Of a stretch of DNA of 32,000 nt, positions 1 through 9,248 are shown piece after piece (the stretch's first letter is position 1; each line of letters opens with the position of its first letter). Source of the DNA: Promethearchaeum syntrophicum (GTDB lineage: Archaea; Asgardarchaeota; Lokiarchaeia; Sigyniarchaeales; Promethearchaeaceae). The translations under genes and the position numbers were made by a program. The notes beneath the pieces are model-generated. The model made no database searches, was not told the DNA's origin, and saw nothing but the letters and a program-made list of their open reading frames with translations. The stretch covers positions 810,001 through 842,000 of the forward strand of contig NZ_CP042905.2 in NCBI RefSeq assembly GCF_008000775.2, written 5' to 3'.

Positions 1-2
1 TT

Positions 3-215
3 GTATTTACTGGTTCTGAATGGGAAACTTACACCCCAAACCCTTCGATTGACACATTAACCGGAATTCGGTTTCTTTTAAGTTGGTTCCCGTTTATTGT
101 ATTAATTCTTAGTTTTATTGGGCTTTGGTTTTATCCAATTAAGGGAGAACGATTAAAAGAAAATCGAAAACGTTTAACCGAATTGCACACCAAAAAAAGA
201 GAAGAAAAAATCTAA
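3..215 (+). CDS. 3' end of a gene truncated by the window edge; C-terminus resembles an MFS/GPH-type permease
   Basis: Frame 3 is open from the window edge to TAA at 213-215. The translation ends ...GIRFLLSWFPFIVLILSFIGLWFYPIKGERLKENRKRLTELHTKKREEKI: a last TM helix followed by a basic tail, as in glycoside-pentoside-hexuronide/MFS symporters. The family call rests on resemblance only. Confidence 0.4.
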   Translation, partial: VFTGSEWETYTPNPSIDTLTGIRFLLSWFPFIVLILSFIGLWFYPIKGERLKENRKRLTELHTKKREEKI

Positions 216-949
216 GGATTTTGTTTTACTGGAAGACCTTTTTTTGCATTTATAACCCATTCGGTAATAATCAAAGCTAATAACGGCAAACCAAATAAGA
301 CCCAGTGAGGATTTCCTAGATTAATTGTAGATTCCCCCCAAAGTAAAGGTTTTTCACTCGGTGAATGAGAAATGATCCCATTACTCACGTTTACATCATA
401 ATTATCGCTTCTAATCCATTGACTATTACCTAATATAAAACGATAATCTCCATCAGGTAAATAAGGATTTGATTCAGGAACGCTACCATTAAAATTTAAT
501 AATCCTCCCGTCAATTGAAAATGATGAATTCCAGGAGAAATTTTAGATGAAGTATAAAACATTATACCCACATCAATTTCAAAGATCCCATAACTCATTA
601 AGAAAAAAGTAATATTTCCGGATTGTATGATCGAATACGGAAAACAAAACGAACCAATATTTGTTGGATATTGAATGCGGAAAGGTCCTGGATTCCAAAT
701 TTCGAAATCAATTGTAAAATCAACGGAAGTTTCATTAGAATCTATAAAATCTTCCCAATTTGTTTTATTAGTAAATTCAATAGATTCAATCCAAGCAGAG
801 AGATGATTATCATCATCCAGATCTAAGAAATTAAAATGACCACTATAATTAGAAACCAGTGATACAATAATGAATAATATTAGTAAGGTTAAATCAATTA
901 TACGGAAATTTTTTCGTCTTAATATAAGTAGTTTCATAAGAAAATTCAC
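212..949 (-). CDS. hypothetical membrane-anchored extracytoplasmic protein
   Basis: A 245-codon ORF in a stop-rich AT background. It has an N-terminal TM (IIDLTLLILFIIVSLVSNY) and a C-terminal TM (WVLFGLPLLALIITEWVI) flanking ~190 aa with several N-x-S/T sequons. No family recognised. Confidence 0.6.
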   Translation of the reverse strand: MNFLMKLLILRRKNFRIIDLTLLILFIIVSLVSNYSGHFNFLDLDDDNHLSAWIESIEFTNKTNWEDFIDSNETSVDFTIDFEIWNPGPFRIQYPTNIGSFCFPYSIIQSGNITFFLMSYGIFEIDVGIMFYTSSKISPGIHHFQLTGGLLNFNGSVPESNPYLPDGDYRFILGNSQWIRSDNYDVNVSNGIISHSPSEKPLLWGESTINLGNPHWVLFGLPLLALIITEWVINAKKGLPVKQNP

Positions 950-1082
950 CTTATATTGAAATATATTATATTTATGTTAATCTATTATAAAAATATTAGT
1001 GAAAATCTCATTTTTGTCAATAAAGTAGACAAATTATTGACTTGAAAAAATAATTAAAAACTATTGAATTATTCATAACTTA

Positions 1083-1730
1083 ATGATAAAAGAAGAATAT
1101 CTAACAAAAGAGAACCATCTTGAAAAAATTAAAGATTGGAAAAATAAAATAAGTAAAATTCGAGGATATAAGAAAATTCATTTTGAAATAGAAAAGTCTG
1201 CTTTACTCGTATTAGATATGCAGAACGTTTTTTTATCTCCGTCTTCTCATGCTTTTATCCCATCTAGTTTAGTTCTTCTACCAATCATTAACTCACTAAT
1301 TAATCATTTTGAGAATTGCCATCGTCCGATTTTCTTTACCCGTCATATAACATGTGAGGATGAGAAAGATATAATGTTAAAATGGTGGAAATCACCAATA
1401 TCCTTAGATAATCCCGCCTCTTCATTATCTACACAATTAAATTTCGGATCTCATGAAATTCTAATTAAAAGTAAATACAGTGCTTTTATAAACACAAGTT
1501 TAGAGGAAAACTTACGAAAAAATGGGATTAAACAAGTATTAATTACTGGTGCGATGTCACATTTGTGTTGCGAATCAACCGCGCGTGAAGCTTTTATGAA
1601 AAATTTCGAAGTTTTCTATGCTATTGACGGAACAGCAACTTACACTGAATTATTACATAAGGGAACTATGTTTTCACTAACTCATGGATTTGCTGAATGC
1701 ATTACTGCTAAAGACATCATAGGTGTTTAA
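1083..1730 (+). CDS. isochorismatase-family cysteine hydrolase
   Basis: ALLVLDMQNVF (Asp), KSKYSAF (Lys) and ITGAMSHLCCESTAREA (nucleophile Cys) match the D-K-C triad spacing of isochorismatase-like hydrolases. Confidence 0.8.
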   Translation: MIKEEYLTKENHLEKIKDWKNKISKIRGYKKIHFEIEKSALLVLDMQNVFLSPSSHAFIPSSLVLLPIINSLINHFENCHRPIFFTRHITCEDEKDIMLKWWKSPISLDNPASSLSTQLNFGSHEILIKSKYSAFINTSLEENLRKNGIKQVLITGAMSHLCCESTAREAFMKNFEVFYAIDGTATYTELLHKGTMFSLTHGFAECITAKDIIGV

Positions 1731-2640
1731 ATTGTCAAATTTAAACAAAAATTTTTCTCCTGTTATTATTGTCGGCTGTGGTCCAGCCGGAATTGCAAGT
1801 GCAATTCAATTGAAAAGATCAAATATAGATTTTAAAATAATTTGTAGAAGATTTGGAGGAAATGCTAATAATGCAAATAAAATTGAGAATCTGTTGGGAT
1901 TTCCAGAGGGAATCTCTGGAAAAAACTTCGTAGTTTTATTGAAAAAACATTTTGAGACTTTATTAATCCATTTTACACAAGATATCATACAAAGTATCAG
2001 TAAAGAGAATGAGGATGATCAATTTCATATTAAATGCGAAAATGGAGAATTTTACTCAAAATTTCTAATAATTGCTTCAGGAACCAATCCAAAAAAGCTC
2101 CGATTAAATGGAGAAACTAAATTATGGAGAAGAAACCTTCTCGATTATGAGATTTCAAATTTTACTTACAAAAAAAACATAAAAAAAATTGCCATTATAG
2201 GTTCTGGGGATGCAGCATATGATTATGCATTAAATCTTGTTAAATATCCTGTTAAAATCGATATAATACAGCGTACCGCAGAATCAAAAAGTCTATCTTT
2301 GCTTCAAAAGCGTGTGCGCGTTAATTCTAATATCACAGTTATAAAAGAAATGAAACTTCTGTCATTGAAAGAAGATAATAATAAAATTAGAATAAAAGTA
2401 ATTAGAAGATCTAAAGAAGAAATCAGGAATTATGATTTTATGTTCGTTGCAGTCGGTAGATCTCCGAACATAAAATTCCTTTCTGCAGAATTGCAAAAAC
2501 TCTATAAAAAATCCATAAACTTATCCCATCTTTTTTTTATTGGGGATATTAAAAATAAAAGTCATAGACAAATCTCAATAGCAATGGGAGATGGCGTTAA
2601 ATGCGCGATGGAAATTGTATCAAATATTAATGATAAATAA
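1723..2640 (+). CDS. thioredoxin-reductase-like FAD/NAD(P) flavoprotein lacking the redox CxxC
   Basis: Motifs: FAD fold VIIVGCGPAGIASAIQL, ASGTNPKKL, second Rossmann IAIIGSGDAAYDYALNL, and C-terminal FFIGDI...AMGDG. The CxxC expected just before the second GxGxxA is replaced by LDYEISNF. The GTG start at 1723 overlaps the upstream stop by 8 nt. An in-frame TTG at 1732 is an alternative start. Confidence 0.75.
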   Translation: MFKLSNLNKNFSPVIIVGCGPAGIASAIQLKRSNIDFKIICRRFGGNANNANKIENLLGFPEGISGKNFVVLLKKHFETLLIHFTQDIIQSISKENEDDQFHIKCENGEFYSKFLIIASGTNPKKLRLNGETKLWRRNLLDYEISNFTYKKNIKKIAIIGSGDAAYDYALNLVKYPVKIDIIQRTAESKSLSLLQKRVRVNSNITVIKEMKLLSLKEDNNKIRIKVIRRSKEEIRNYDFMFVAVGRSPNIKFLSAELQKLYKKSINLSHLFFIGDIKNKSHRQISIAMGDGVKCAMEIVSNINDK

Positions 2641-2642
2641 GC

Positions 2643-2658
2643 TTTTTATTACTTTTTT
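2643..2658 (+). terminator. oligo-T tracts directly after a stop codon (archaeal-type intrinsic terminator candidate)
   Basis: T5 (2643-2647) and T6 (2653-2658) follow the TAA at 2638-2640. Oligo-T is the known archaeal termination signal, but T-runs are common in this AT-rich DNA. Confidence 0.3.
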
Positions 2659-2706
2659 GACTTAATAGGTTTGAATTTATAATTTTGTAAGGAATTTTGT
2701 ATTAAA

Positions 2707-3651
2707 ATGGAAATATTAGGTAAATACGGGAAAGAAGATTTAGCTATCCTTTACATTGCACGATATGATGAGAAAGTTATTGAATTTGTTGAGAGTGTTC
2801 AACCTCCAGTTTCCCGAGAACAAAAATGGGTTTTGATTTTATCCACTTTGTACGGGTGCCCTTTAGGATGTCTCATGTGCGATGCTGGCGAATATTTTTT
2901 TGGTGAAATTACAAAAGAAGGTATGATAGCTCAGATCGATCATATGATCTCTCCACGTTTTCCTGATAGAAAAATTCCGATTCCCAAACTTAAAATTCAA
3001 TTTGCACGCATGGGAGAGCCAACATTAAATGAAAATGTACTTGAATTACTACGAGAACTCCCTAAAATTTATGATGCTCCTGGGTTAATGCCCTGTGTGA
3101 GTACAGTTGCCCCTAGTAGTTCAAAGAAATTCTTAAATGATCTAATATCCATTAAGAATAATTTATATCCGCCAGGTCAATTTCAATTACAATTTTCAAT
3201 CCATTCAACTGACCCAGAACTTAGACATAAATGGATCCCTGGTAAAATTTGGTCCTTTCAAGAAATTGCAGATTTTGGAGAAAAATGGTATAAATCAGGA
3301 GATCGAAAAATAACATTAAATTTCGCAGTTGCCAAAGATTCAAAAATAGAACCTAAAATTATTGCAAAATTCTTTGATCCCTTAAAATATTTTATAAAAT
3401 TGACTCCACTTAATCCTACCTCAAATGTTTTAAAACATAAACTTGACTCTGGTATTACTAAAGAGAATGTAAAAGATTTTATTTTAAAGAGTAAATTTGA
3501 AGATTTAGGATATAAAACAATGATTAGCATTGGTAATTGGGAAGAAAATGAGATAGGCTCCAATTGTGGTCAATTTGCGACTCAATATATTAAAGGAGAT
3601 GTGGAAATTAAAAAAGATTATACATGCAATGATTATAATTTATTAAATTAA
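2707..3651 (+). CDS. radical SAM enzyme, RlmN/Cfr-like layout
   Basis: Canonical CX3CX2C (YGCPLGCLMCDAG). Further motifs run collinear with RlmN/Cfr: MGEPTLN, FSIHSTDPELRHKWIP, KLTPLNPT and the C-terminal SNCGQFA (compare AACGQL). The N-terminal region before the cluster is shorter than in bacterial RlmN. Confidence 0.8.
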   Translation: MEILGKYGKEDLAILYIARYDEKVIEFVESVQPPVSREQKWVLILSTLYGCPLGCLMCDAGEYFFGEITKEGMIAQIDHMISPRFPDRKIPIPKLKIQFARMGEPTLNENVLELLRELPKIYDAPGLMPCVSTVAPSSSKKFLNDLISIKNNLYPPGQFQLQFSIHSTDPELRHKWIPGKIWSFQEIADFGEKWYKSGDRKITLNFAVAKDSKIEPKIIAKFFDPLKYFIKLTPLNPTSNVLKHKLDSGITKENVKDFILKSKFEDLGYKTMISIGNWEENEIGSNCGQFATQYIKGDVEIKKDYTCNDYNLLN

Positions 3652-3807
3652 CAGATCTCAGCATTTCTGATTTTTGTGGTGAAACTAAACCAATTCCAAA
3701 GAGAATAATCCGAAAAAATCGTGTCTTTCAATATTTTTACCTAAAAATTTCATTACTTTTTTCCATATTAATATTCTTCTAATGCATTACTTTATGTAAA
3801 ACTCATC

Positions 3808-5601
3808 TTACTCCTTTTTTTCATATAGCGGGTCATTTTCTTGTAAAAACCGGCGTTGGACTTTTCCAATTATGTTTTTTGGAATTTGGTTGATTATATC
3901 CAAATATTTAGGACATTTCCATTTTGCCATATGTTCTTTACACCACGAAAGTAATTCTTCTTTGGTTATTGTTCCTACTTCTTTAGGTTTCAAAGATACC
4001 CATGCTTTCACAGCTTCTCCAGTTTTCTTGTCTGGCAATCCAGCTACAGCTACTTCTAATACTTTAGGATGATTTCCAATCATAGTTTCAACTTCTGCTG
4101 GGAAAACTGAGTGACCTGCCATTTTAATAAGTTGTTTTTTTCTATCCTTAATTTTTATACGACCATATTCGTCCATATATCCAATATCTCCAGTTAAAAG
4201 CCATTTTCGATTATCCCATTCTTTAATAGTTGCAGCAGTTCGTTCAGGGTTATTCAAATAACCCTTCATTATTTGTGGACCGCACGTGCAAATTTCTCCT
4301 TTTCCTTCTTCTCCAATAATTTTGATTGGACCATCATCGAAATTATCAGTAGGGAAAATATTCCAATCAGTTCCTGGAAATGGGACTCCGATAAATCCTG
4401 GTTCACGATAACCATAAAGATTGTTTCCACTAACTCCGGGACTTGTTTCTGTTAATCCATATAATTCTGTCAGCTTTGCTTTTGTTTTTTTCTCAAATGG
4501 TTCACGAACATAATCATGCAATGGGCCTGCAGCTGAAATGCATACAATAAATGGAAATTTTCCATTTTTGCTATATTTTGCAATAGTAGATTCTGGTAAA
4601 ACGGCTATTCTTTGAAACAAGATTTCTGCTCCCGCATATATCATACCATTCGGATTTGGTAATGATGTGATTTGTTCTAACATTTCTTCAACGGGTGGAG
4701 GTTTGGCAAATAATATCATCCATCCTCCAACTCGAATAGCTAAGTTCATTACAGCTGTTAAAGCAAAACTGTGAAATAATGGTAATACTCCGATCACCGC
4801 TGTACGAGGTCCTAAAATCATATCCGGATTTTCTGGATCTCTTTGTCGAGTTCCGAATAATTCTGCTTGGATTGAATTTGCAACTAAGTTTTGATGAGTT
4901 AATATGGCAGCTTTTGGAATTCCGGTAGTTCCACCCGTCATAATATATGTTGCTGCATCCTCTTCTGGATTTATAGATACATTTGGTGGATTTGGGTCAA
5001 TATTTAAACATTCTAAAAATGAAATTGCATTAGGATGGTCAACTTTTCCCGTTGGAATTTTTTTAAGTTTTTTCCCCAACCAAATTATGATTTTTGACAT
5101 CCCACTTGCCAAATCTGCTATATTTGTATATATTATTTTATTGAAATTCCACTTACTGATAATTTCAGTGATATTTTCCTCATAAAGTGAATCTAATGCA
5201 ACGATATATTTCGCATTAATCATTTCTATTTGGTGAAGAATTTCTCCGGGTTTGTAAGTTGGATTGATTCCAGATGGAATTGCTCCAATTTTAATAGCAC
5301 CATAAAATGATACCACATATTGAATTGAATTCGGTAAATATATGGCAATAACATCGCCTTTTCTAATCCCCATCATATAAAGGGATGAAGCAAATTTATC
5401 AACCATATTATTAAATTCTAAATAAGTAACCCATGTATCTAAAAACCAGATAACTGGATCATTAGGAAAATTCTTTACAGAATCTTCTAAAAGGTCATTT
5501 AAGGTCCAAGAATAATCATAATCTAGTTGATGCGGAACTCCCTCCGGCCAGAATTTTCCGTAAAAAGGTCGATTTTCTTCAACCGGAAATTTAATTGTCA
5601 T
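3808..5601 (-). CDS. AMP-forming acyl-CoA synthetase (long/medium-chain fatty-acid-CoA ligase-like)
   Basis: AMP-binding signature YIMTGGTTGIPKAAILTH, plus ELYGLTET and the hinge/A8 region TGDIGYMDEYGRIKIKDRKKQLIKMAGHSVFPAEVE. The ORF is 597 aa. Confidence 0.9.
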   Translation of the reverse strand: MTIKFPVEENRPFYGKFWPEGVPHQLDYDYSWTLNDLLEDSVKNFPNDPVIWFLDTWVTYLEFNNMVDKFASSLYMMGIRKGDVIAIYLPNSIQYVVSFYGAIKIGAIPSGINPTYKPGEILHQIEMINAKYIVALDSLYEENITEIISKWNFNKIIYTNIADLASGMSKIIIWLGKKLKKIPTGKVDHPNAISFLECLNIDPNPPNVSINPEEDAATYIMTGGTTGIPKAAILTHQNLVANSIQAELFGTRQRDPENPDMILGPRTAVIGVLPLFHSFALTAVMNLAIRVGGWMILFAKPPPVEEMLEQITSLPNPNGMIYAGAEILFQRIAVLPESTIAKYSKNGKFPFIVCISAAGPLHDYVREPFEKKTKAKLTELYGLTETSPGVSGNNLYGYREPGFIGVPFPGTDWNIFPTDNFDDGPIKIIGEEGKGEICTCGPQIMKGYLNNPERTAATIKEWDNRKWLLTGDIGYMDEYGRIKIKDRKKQLIKMAGHSVFPAEVETMIGNHPKVLEVAVAGLPDKKTGEAVKAWVSLKPKEVGTITKEELLSWCKEHMAKWKCPKYLDIINQIPKNIIGKVQRRFLQENDPLYEKKE

Positions 5602-5682
5602 GTAAAAAGGTCAATTTTTTAATTTTAAAATGTTTTCACTTAAAAAATATAAATATAATATGGACAATATTAAAATATCATA

Positions 5683-6966
5683 ATGGCGTTAAATTCAAAA
5701 TTTAAACCATCATTTGAAGAATTTGAGATATATCTTTATAAAACACTTTCAAATGAAGATTTTGATAATTTAACGAATACTCAGAATCTTAAAAATAGCA
5801 TTAATATTACGGCTTTTCTTGAATTTTTAAATTTTGAAACCAGAAGTCAATTTATTGATTCCAATCAGAATAAAAACCTAAAATATTTAAAAAAATATTC
5901 AAACTTACCTATAGTTTTAGTGGAAGCACCTTATGGATGGTTTGAAATAATATCAGAAAACAAATCTATTATTTCCATTCATGGAAACCATCAAGTATAT
6001 TTGTGTTTAGAGTCAGAAAGTGGTAGTGTTGAAATTAAAAAAAAACAAAATTCGACTCAAGAATTCTTAGGTAAAGATGTTACCATTGGATTAATCGATT
6101 CAGGAATAGATCAATCGCATCCAGATCTTTCAAATAAAATCAAAAAAATATATAATGTTTCGGGTGAAGCTAATGGAGATTTTAATGGTCATGGAACATT
6201 TTTAGCGGGAATTATTGCAGGTTCAAGAAATGAAAATAAAGATCAAAATTATGGTATATCCCCAGAAGTGAGCTTAATTGATATAAAAGTTTTTAATAGA
6301 GAAGGAAAAGCAACAGTTGCTGAAATATTGGAAGCAATAGATTTAATTTTAAGTGAAATCGATGAAAAAACTCCCGATATTATTGTATTTGGATGTGCTG
6401 ATTGGTCATTTGGAGATAAAAGTTTAATTGCGCGTTATTGTGAAATTCTTAATCAAAATAATATTGCAATCGTTACTCCAACGGGAAATTTTGGACCTGA
6501 TCTTGGAAATATTAGTTCAATTGGTGGAAATCCTAATGTTTTAACTATAGGAACAATAAATAAGGAAAGTAAGGTACCATTTTTTTCTGGTAGATCAAAA
6601 TTTATAGATTTGAATCTTCCTGGAAAAGATATAAGAAGTGCTATGTCTTCTAAGCATGTGATTGGAACTCAGTTGGAACCAAAATTGAAGTATGTAAATT
6701 TGTCAGGTACATCTATATCTGCTGCAATCGCTGGAGGGTTGTTAGCTCTCATAAAAGAATCAAATCCAAGTTTATCTCCATTCCAACTTTATAAGTTACT
6801 TAAAACAACCTCTCAAGACAAAAGGACACCTCATATAGATATAATTACCAATAAAAAAAAGGAAAAGAAATTTTCAACATTTTCATTTTCATCAATTTTT
6901 AAAATTGCTTCATTAGTAAGCGGGGGTATATTCATTTTATTTTTAGTATTGTTTTATATATTCTAA
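5683..6966 (+). CDS. subtilisin-like serine protease (peptidase S8) with C-terminal TM anchor
   Basis: The D-H-S triad is in the canonical order: VTIGLIDSGIDQSHPDL, NGHGTFLAGIIAG, LSGTSISAAIAGG. The oxyanion Asn context is PTGNFGP. The last 23 residues are hydrophobic (IFKIASLVSGGIFILFLVLFYIF). No N-terminal hydrophobic signal is visible. Confidence 0.85.
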   Translation: MALNSKFKPSFEEFEIYLYKTLSNEDFDNLTNTQNLKNSINITAFLEFLNFETRSQFIDSNQNKNLKYLKKYSNLPIVLVEAPYGWFEIISENKSIISIHGNHQVYLCLESESGSVEIKKKQNSTQEFLGKDVTIGLIDSGIDQSHPDLSNKIKKIYNVSGEANGDFNGHGTFLAGIIAGSRNENKDQNYGISPEVSLIDIKVFNREGKATVAEILEAIDLILSEIDEKTPDIIVFGCADWSFGDKSLIARYCEILNQNNIAIVTPTGNFGPDLGNISSIGGNPNVLTIGTINKESKVPFFSGRSKFIDLNLPGKDIRSAMSSKHVIGTQLEPKLKYVNLSGTSISAAIAGGLLALIKESNPSLSPFQLYKLLKTTSQDKRTPHIDIITNKKKEKKFSTFSFSSIFKIASLVSGGIFILFLVLFYIF

Positions 6967-6993
6967 GAAATTGATTTCTTTAGGTACAAATTA

Positions 6994-7575
6994 ATGTTTC
7001 CATTATTTCATATTTTCTTGCCACTTCTAGTCTTTGAACTTATATTATCAAATAAGAATTTTAAAATGGAAAAAACTTCAAGATTTTGGATAATATTGGG
7101 CTCCCTTTTACCAGATTTAATTGATAAACCTATAAGCTTAATCACTAAAATGATGAGTGGTCGTGGAATCGCTCATACTCCAATTTTTTTATTTTCTCTT
7201 TCCATATTAATATATTTTCTAACCCAAAACAAGTGGATTTCTCTATCTATAGGATTTGGAATGGTTTTCCACTTAATATTAGACATTCCAGATCTTCCAT
7301 GGTTTTGGCCTTTCAATCCTTTAGAGCCCTATAGTCCTCCTTTTGATTCTTGGATCGATACATTATTACATAATCCATTAATAATTTCAACAGAAATCAT
7401 AAGTCTGGTCGGATTATCATGGATTCTTATATCCAATAAAATACTTTTTAATGGGAAATTAATTAATTTGGCAAATGCCAATACTTTTCTTTTTGAAACT
7501 CCCAAATCATTAAAAATCTTAAGAGCTAAAATAAATTTAGAAGAGGAATTACTTAATGATAAACTCAGATCTTAA
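6994..7575 (+). CDS. YdjM/DUF457-like membrane-embedded metal-dependent hydrolase
   Basis: Multi-TM protein with an N-terminal His (MFPLFHIF). LLPDLIDKP...GRGIAHTPIF parallels the LLPDIDHPKS...HRGFTHS motifs of the YdjM family. Confidence 0.6.
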   Translation: MFPLFHIFLPLLVFELILSNKNFKMEKTSRFWIILGSLLPDLIDKPISLITKMMSGRGIAHTPIFLFSLSILIYFLTQNKWISLSIGFGMVFHLILDIPDLPWFWPFNPLEPYSPPFDSWIDTLLHNPLIISTEIISLVGLSWILISNKILFNGKLINLANANTFLFETPKSLKILRAKINLEEELLNDKLRS

Positions 7576-9172
7576 TTCAAAATCAAAAACAACTCTCGAA
7601 TCAGTAAAAAGTCGCGAATTTCTATTAGATCAAAATGTTATACTAATGAATCTTGAGGAATTACTAAATATCGATTATATTAAAGAAGATAAAATTATAG
7701 ACATTCCAATTGTGACTGTAAATTGGACAAGAATCCGAGATATTGGAAATTTTATGTGTAAAAGACTCTTTCGTTTGGAATCTATTTGTGTGTCTGAACT
7801 TGGATCGGTGTTTGAATTAAATTATATTTTTAGTTTAAATCCTTATAAGAATTCAATTATAATCATCCAGATGGAGATTGAAAAATATATTGAACCTTCA
7901 TCTCTAAAAGATATCTTCAGGAATGCTGATTTTTTGGAGAAAGATATTCAAAATAGAATTGGAATTGTGTTTAATAATCTTAAATCCGAAACAATTGAGA
8001 AAATAAGAAGTTCTAGATTTTTTTGCAGTCCATTGAAATTAAATATTCCAGAAATCTCTCAAAAAGAAAGAAAATTTGGAATATTTAACGATATTCATAA
8101 TGATCATCAATATTTTAACTTTAATTTGAAAAATAACATCATCAAAGATGTAGATTTAAGTTATGGATGGTTATACAATAGAATTCAACCAAAATTAGAA
8201 ATTTCAAATCCATTGACGGGATTTGAAGAAATTATTTCTGATATTGCTAAAAATCAATACATACATCTTAATTTGGCATATTTATCAAATCTAGAATCTA
8301 TTTTAAAAATCAATATATCTAATAAGATAAAATATATAAGAACTCTTTTAGCAGAATTAGAGCGTATTTCTTCCCATGTTTTATGGTTTTCTAATTTAGC
8401 TGAAATAATGGGAAAAAAATCATGGGTAAATAAGCTTTTTAAATTATATCATGAATTATCTGCCAAATTTGATCAATATTTTCAACATCCACGGCTTTTT
8501 AATACTATTTCAGTAGGAAAATCTATAGATCTTTCAATTGACTATGCAAGAGATTTCTATTTGTATATTCGAGACAGATCTGATGATATTTTTAATGAAA
8601 TCTATAAATTTGTCTATAATAATTCAACTGAAACTCGATTGAGTGATATTGGAGTAATATCCCGAGAAAATGCAATAAAAAATGGGTTATCTGGTCCAGC
8701 AATACGTGGTAGTGGTGTTTCTTTGGATATACGTTCATCTGAACCATATTTAATTTACACCTCAGGAGAACTATCACAAGTATGGAGCATAATATCTTTT
8801 AAGAAAGGGGATGTTTTTGCTAGAACTCAAGTTAGATTATGGGAAATCCATGAATCATTTGAGATTTGTAAACATATTTTAAAGGGATTATCTACATACG
8901 GGATCAAGATGTCAGAGGAAAAGATTTCAGATAAATTACTTCTAAAACCAAACAAGTATTTATATTCAGCAGTTGAATCTCCCAATGGAAAATTATCTAT
9001 GATGTTAAGAACAGGTTTAAAGGAAAAATCAGATAGATTTCAAACTGTACGAATTATGAACAATTATAACTTCTTTGGTTTACAAAATGATGTTTTTAAT
9101 GAAAATGAAACTTATAATTTTCCTTTAATTCTTCATTCCTTCGATCTAAATTTTCATTTGATTGATTTGTAG
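7556..9172 (+). CDS. NuoC-NuoD fusion-like protein (complex I 30 kDa + 49 kDa / group-4 NiFe-hydrogenase large-subunit family), degenerate and without partner subunits
   Basis: NuoC-like half: FELNYIFSLNPYKNSIIIIQMEIEKYIEPSSLKDIFRNADFLEKDIQNRIGIVFNN. NuoD-like half: LLAELERISSHVLWFSNLAEIMG, GLSGPAIRGSGVSLDIRSSEPYLIY, GDVFARTQVRLWEIHESFEI, VESPNGKL and the C-terminal SFDLNFHLIDL. There are no CxxC pairs. The ATG at 7556 overlaps the upstream gene by 20 nt, so the start is uncertain. Confidence 0.7.
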   Translation: MINSDLNSKSKTTLESVKSREFLLDQNVILMNLEELLNIDYIKEDKIIDIPIVTVNWTRIRDIGNFMCKRLFRLESICVSELGSVFELNYIFSLNPYKNSIIIIQMEIEKYIEPSSLKDIFRNADFLEKDIQNRIGIVFNNLKSETIEKIRSSRFFCSPLKLNIPEISQKERKFGIFNDIHNDHQYFNFNLKNNIIKDVDLSYGWLYNRIQPKLEISNPLTGFEEIISDIAKNQYIHLNLAYLSNLESILKINISNKIKYIRTLLAELERISSHVLWFSNLAEIMGKKSWVNKLFKLYHELSAKFDQYFQHPRLFNTISVGKSIDLSIDYARDFYLYIRDRSDDIFNEIYKFVYNNSTETRLSDIGVISRENAIKNGLSGPAIRGSGVSLDIRSSEPYLIYTSGELSQVWSIISFKKGDVFARTQVRLWEIHESFEICKHILKGLSTYGIKMSEEKISDKLLLKPNKYLYSAVESPNGKLSMMLRTGLKEKSDRFQTVRIMNNYNFFGLQNDVFNENETYNFPLILHSFDLNFHLIDL

Positions 9173-9248
9173 AATGAAATTTGGTTTAAATTTAAAGGGT
9201 GAAATTACTATACATATTTAGTTAAGATATTTTAAGAAGGGAAAAATT

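Noticed and set aside
7556-9172. Calling the NuoCD-like gene a functional [NiFe] hydrogenase large subunit or a genuine complex I subunit
   Set aside because: There are no CxxC Ni-Fe ligand motifs. The GPQHP/HRGxEK regions are degenerate. No small subunit, membrane subunit or ferredoxin-like subunit is adjacent. Only the family relationship is supported, not the function.
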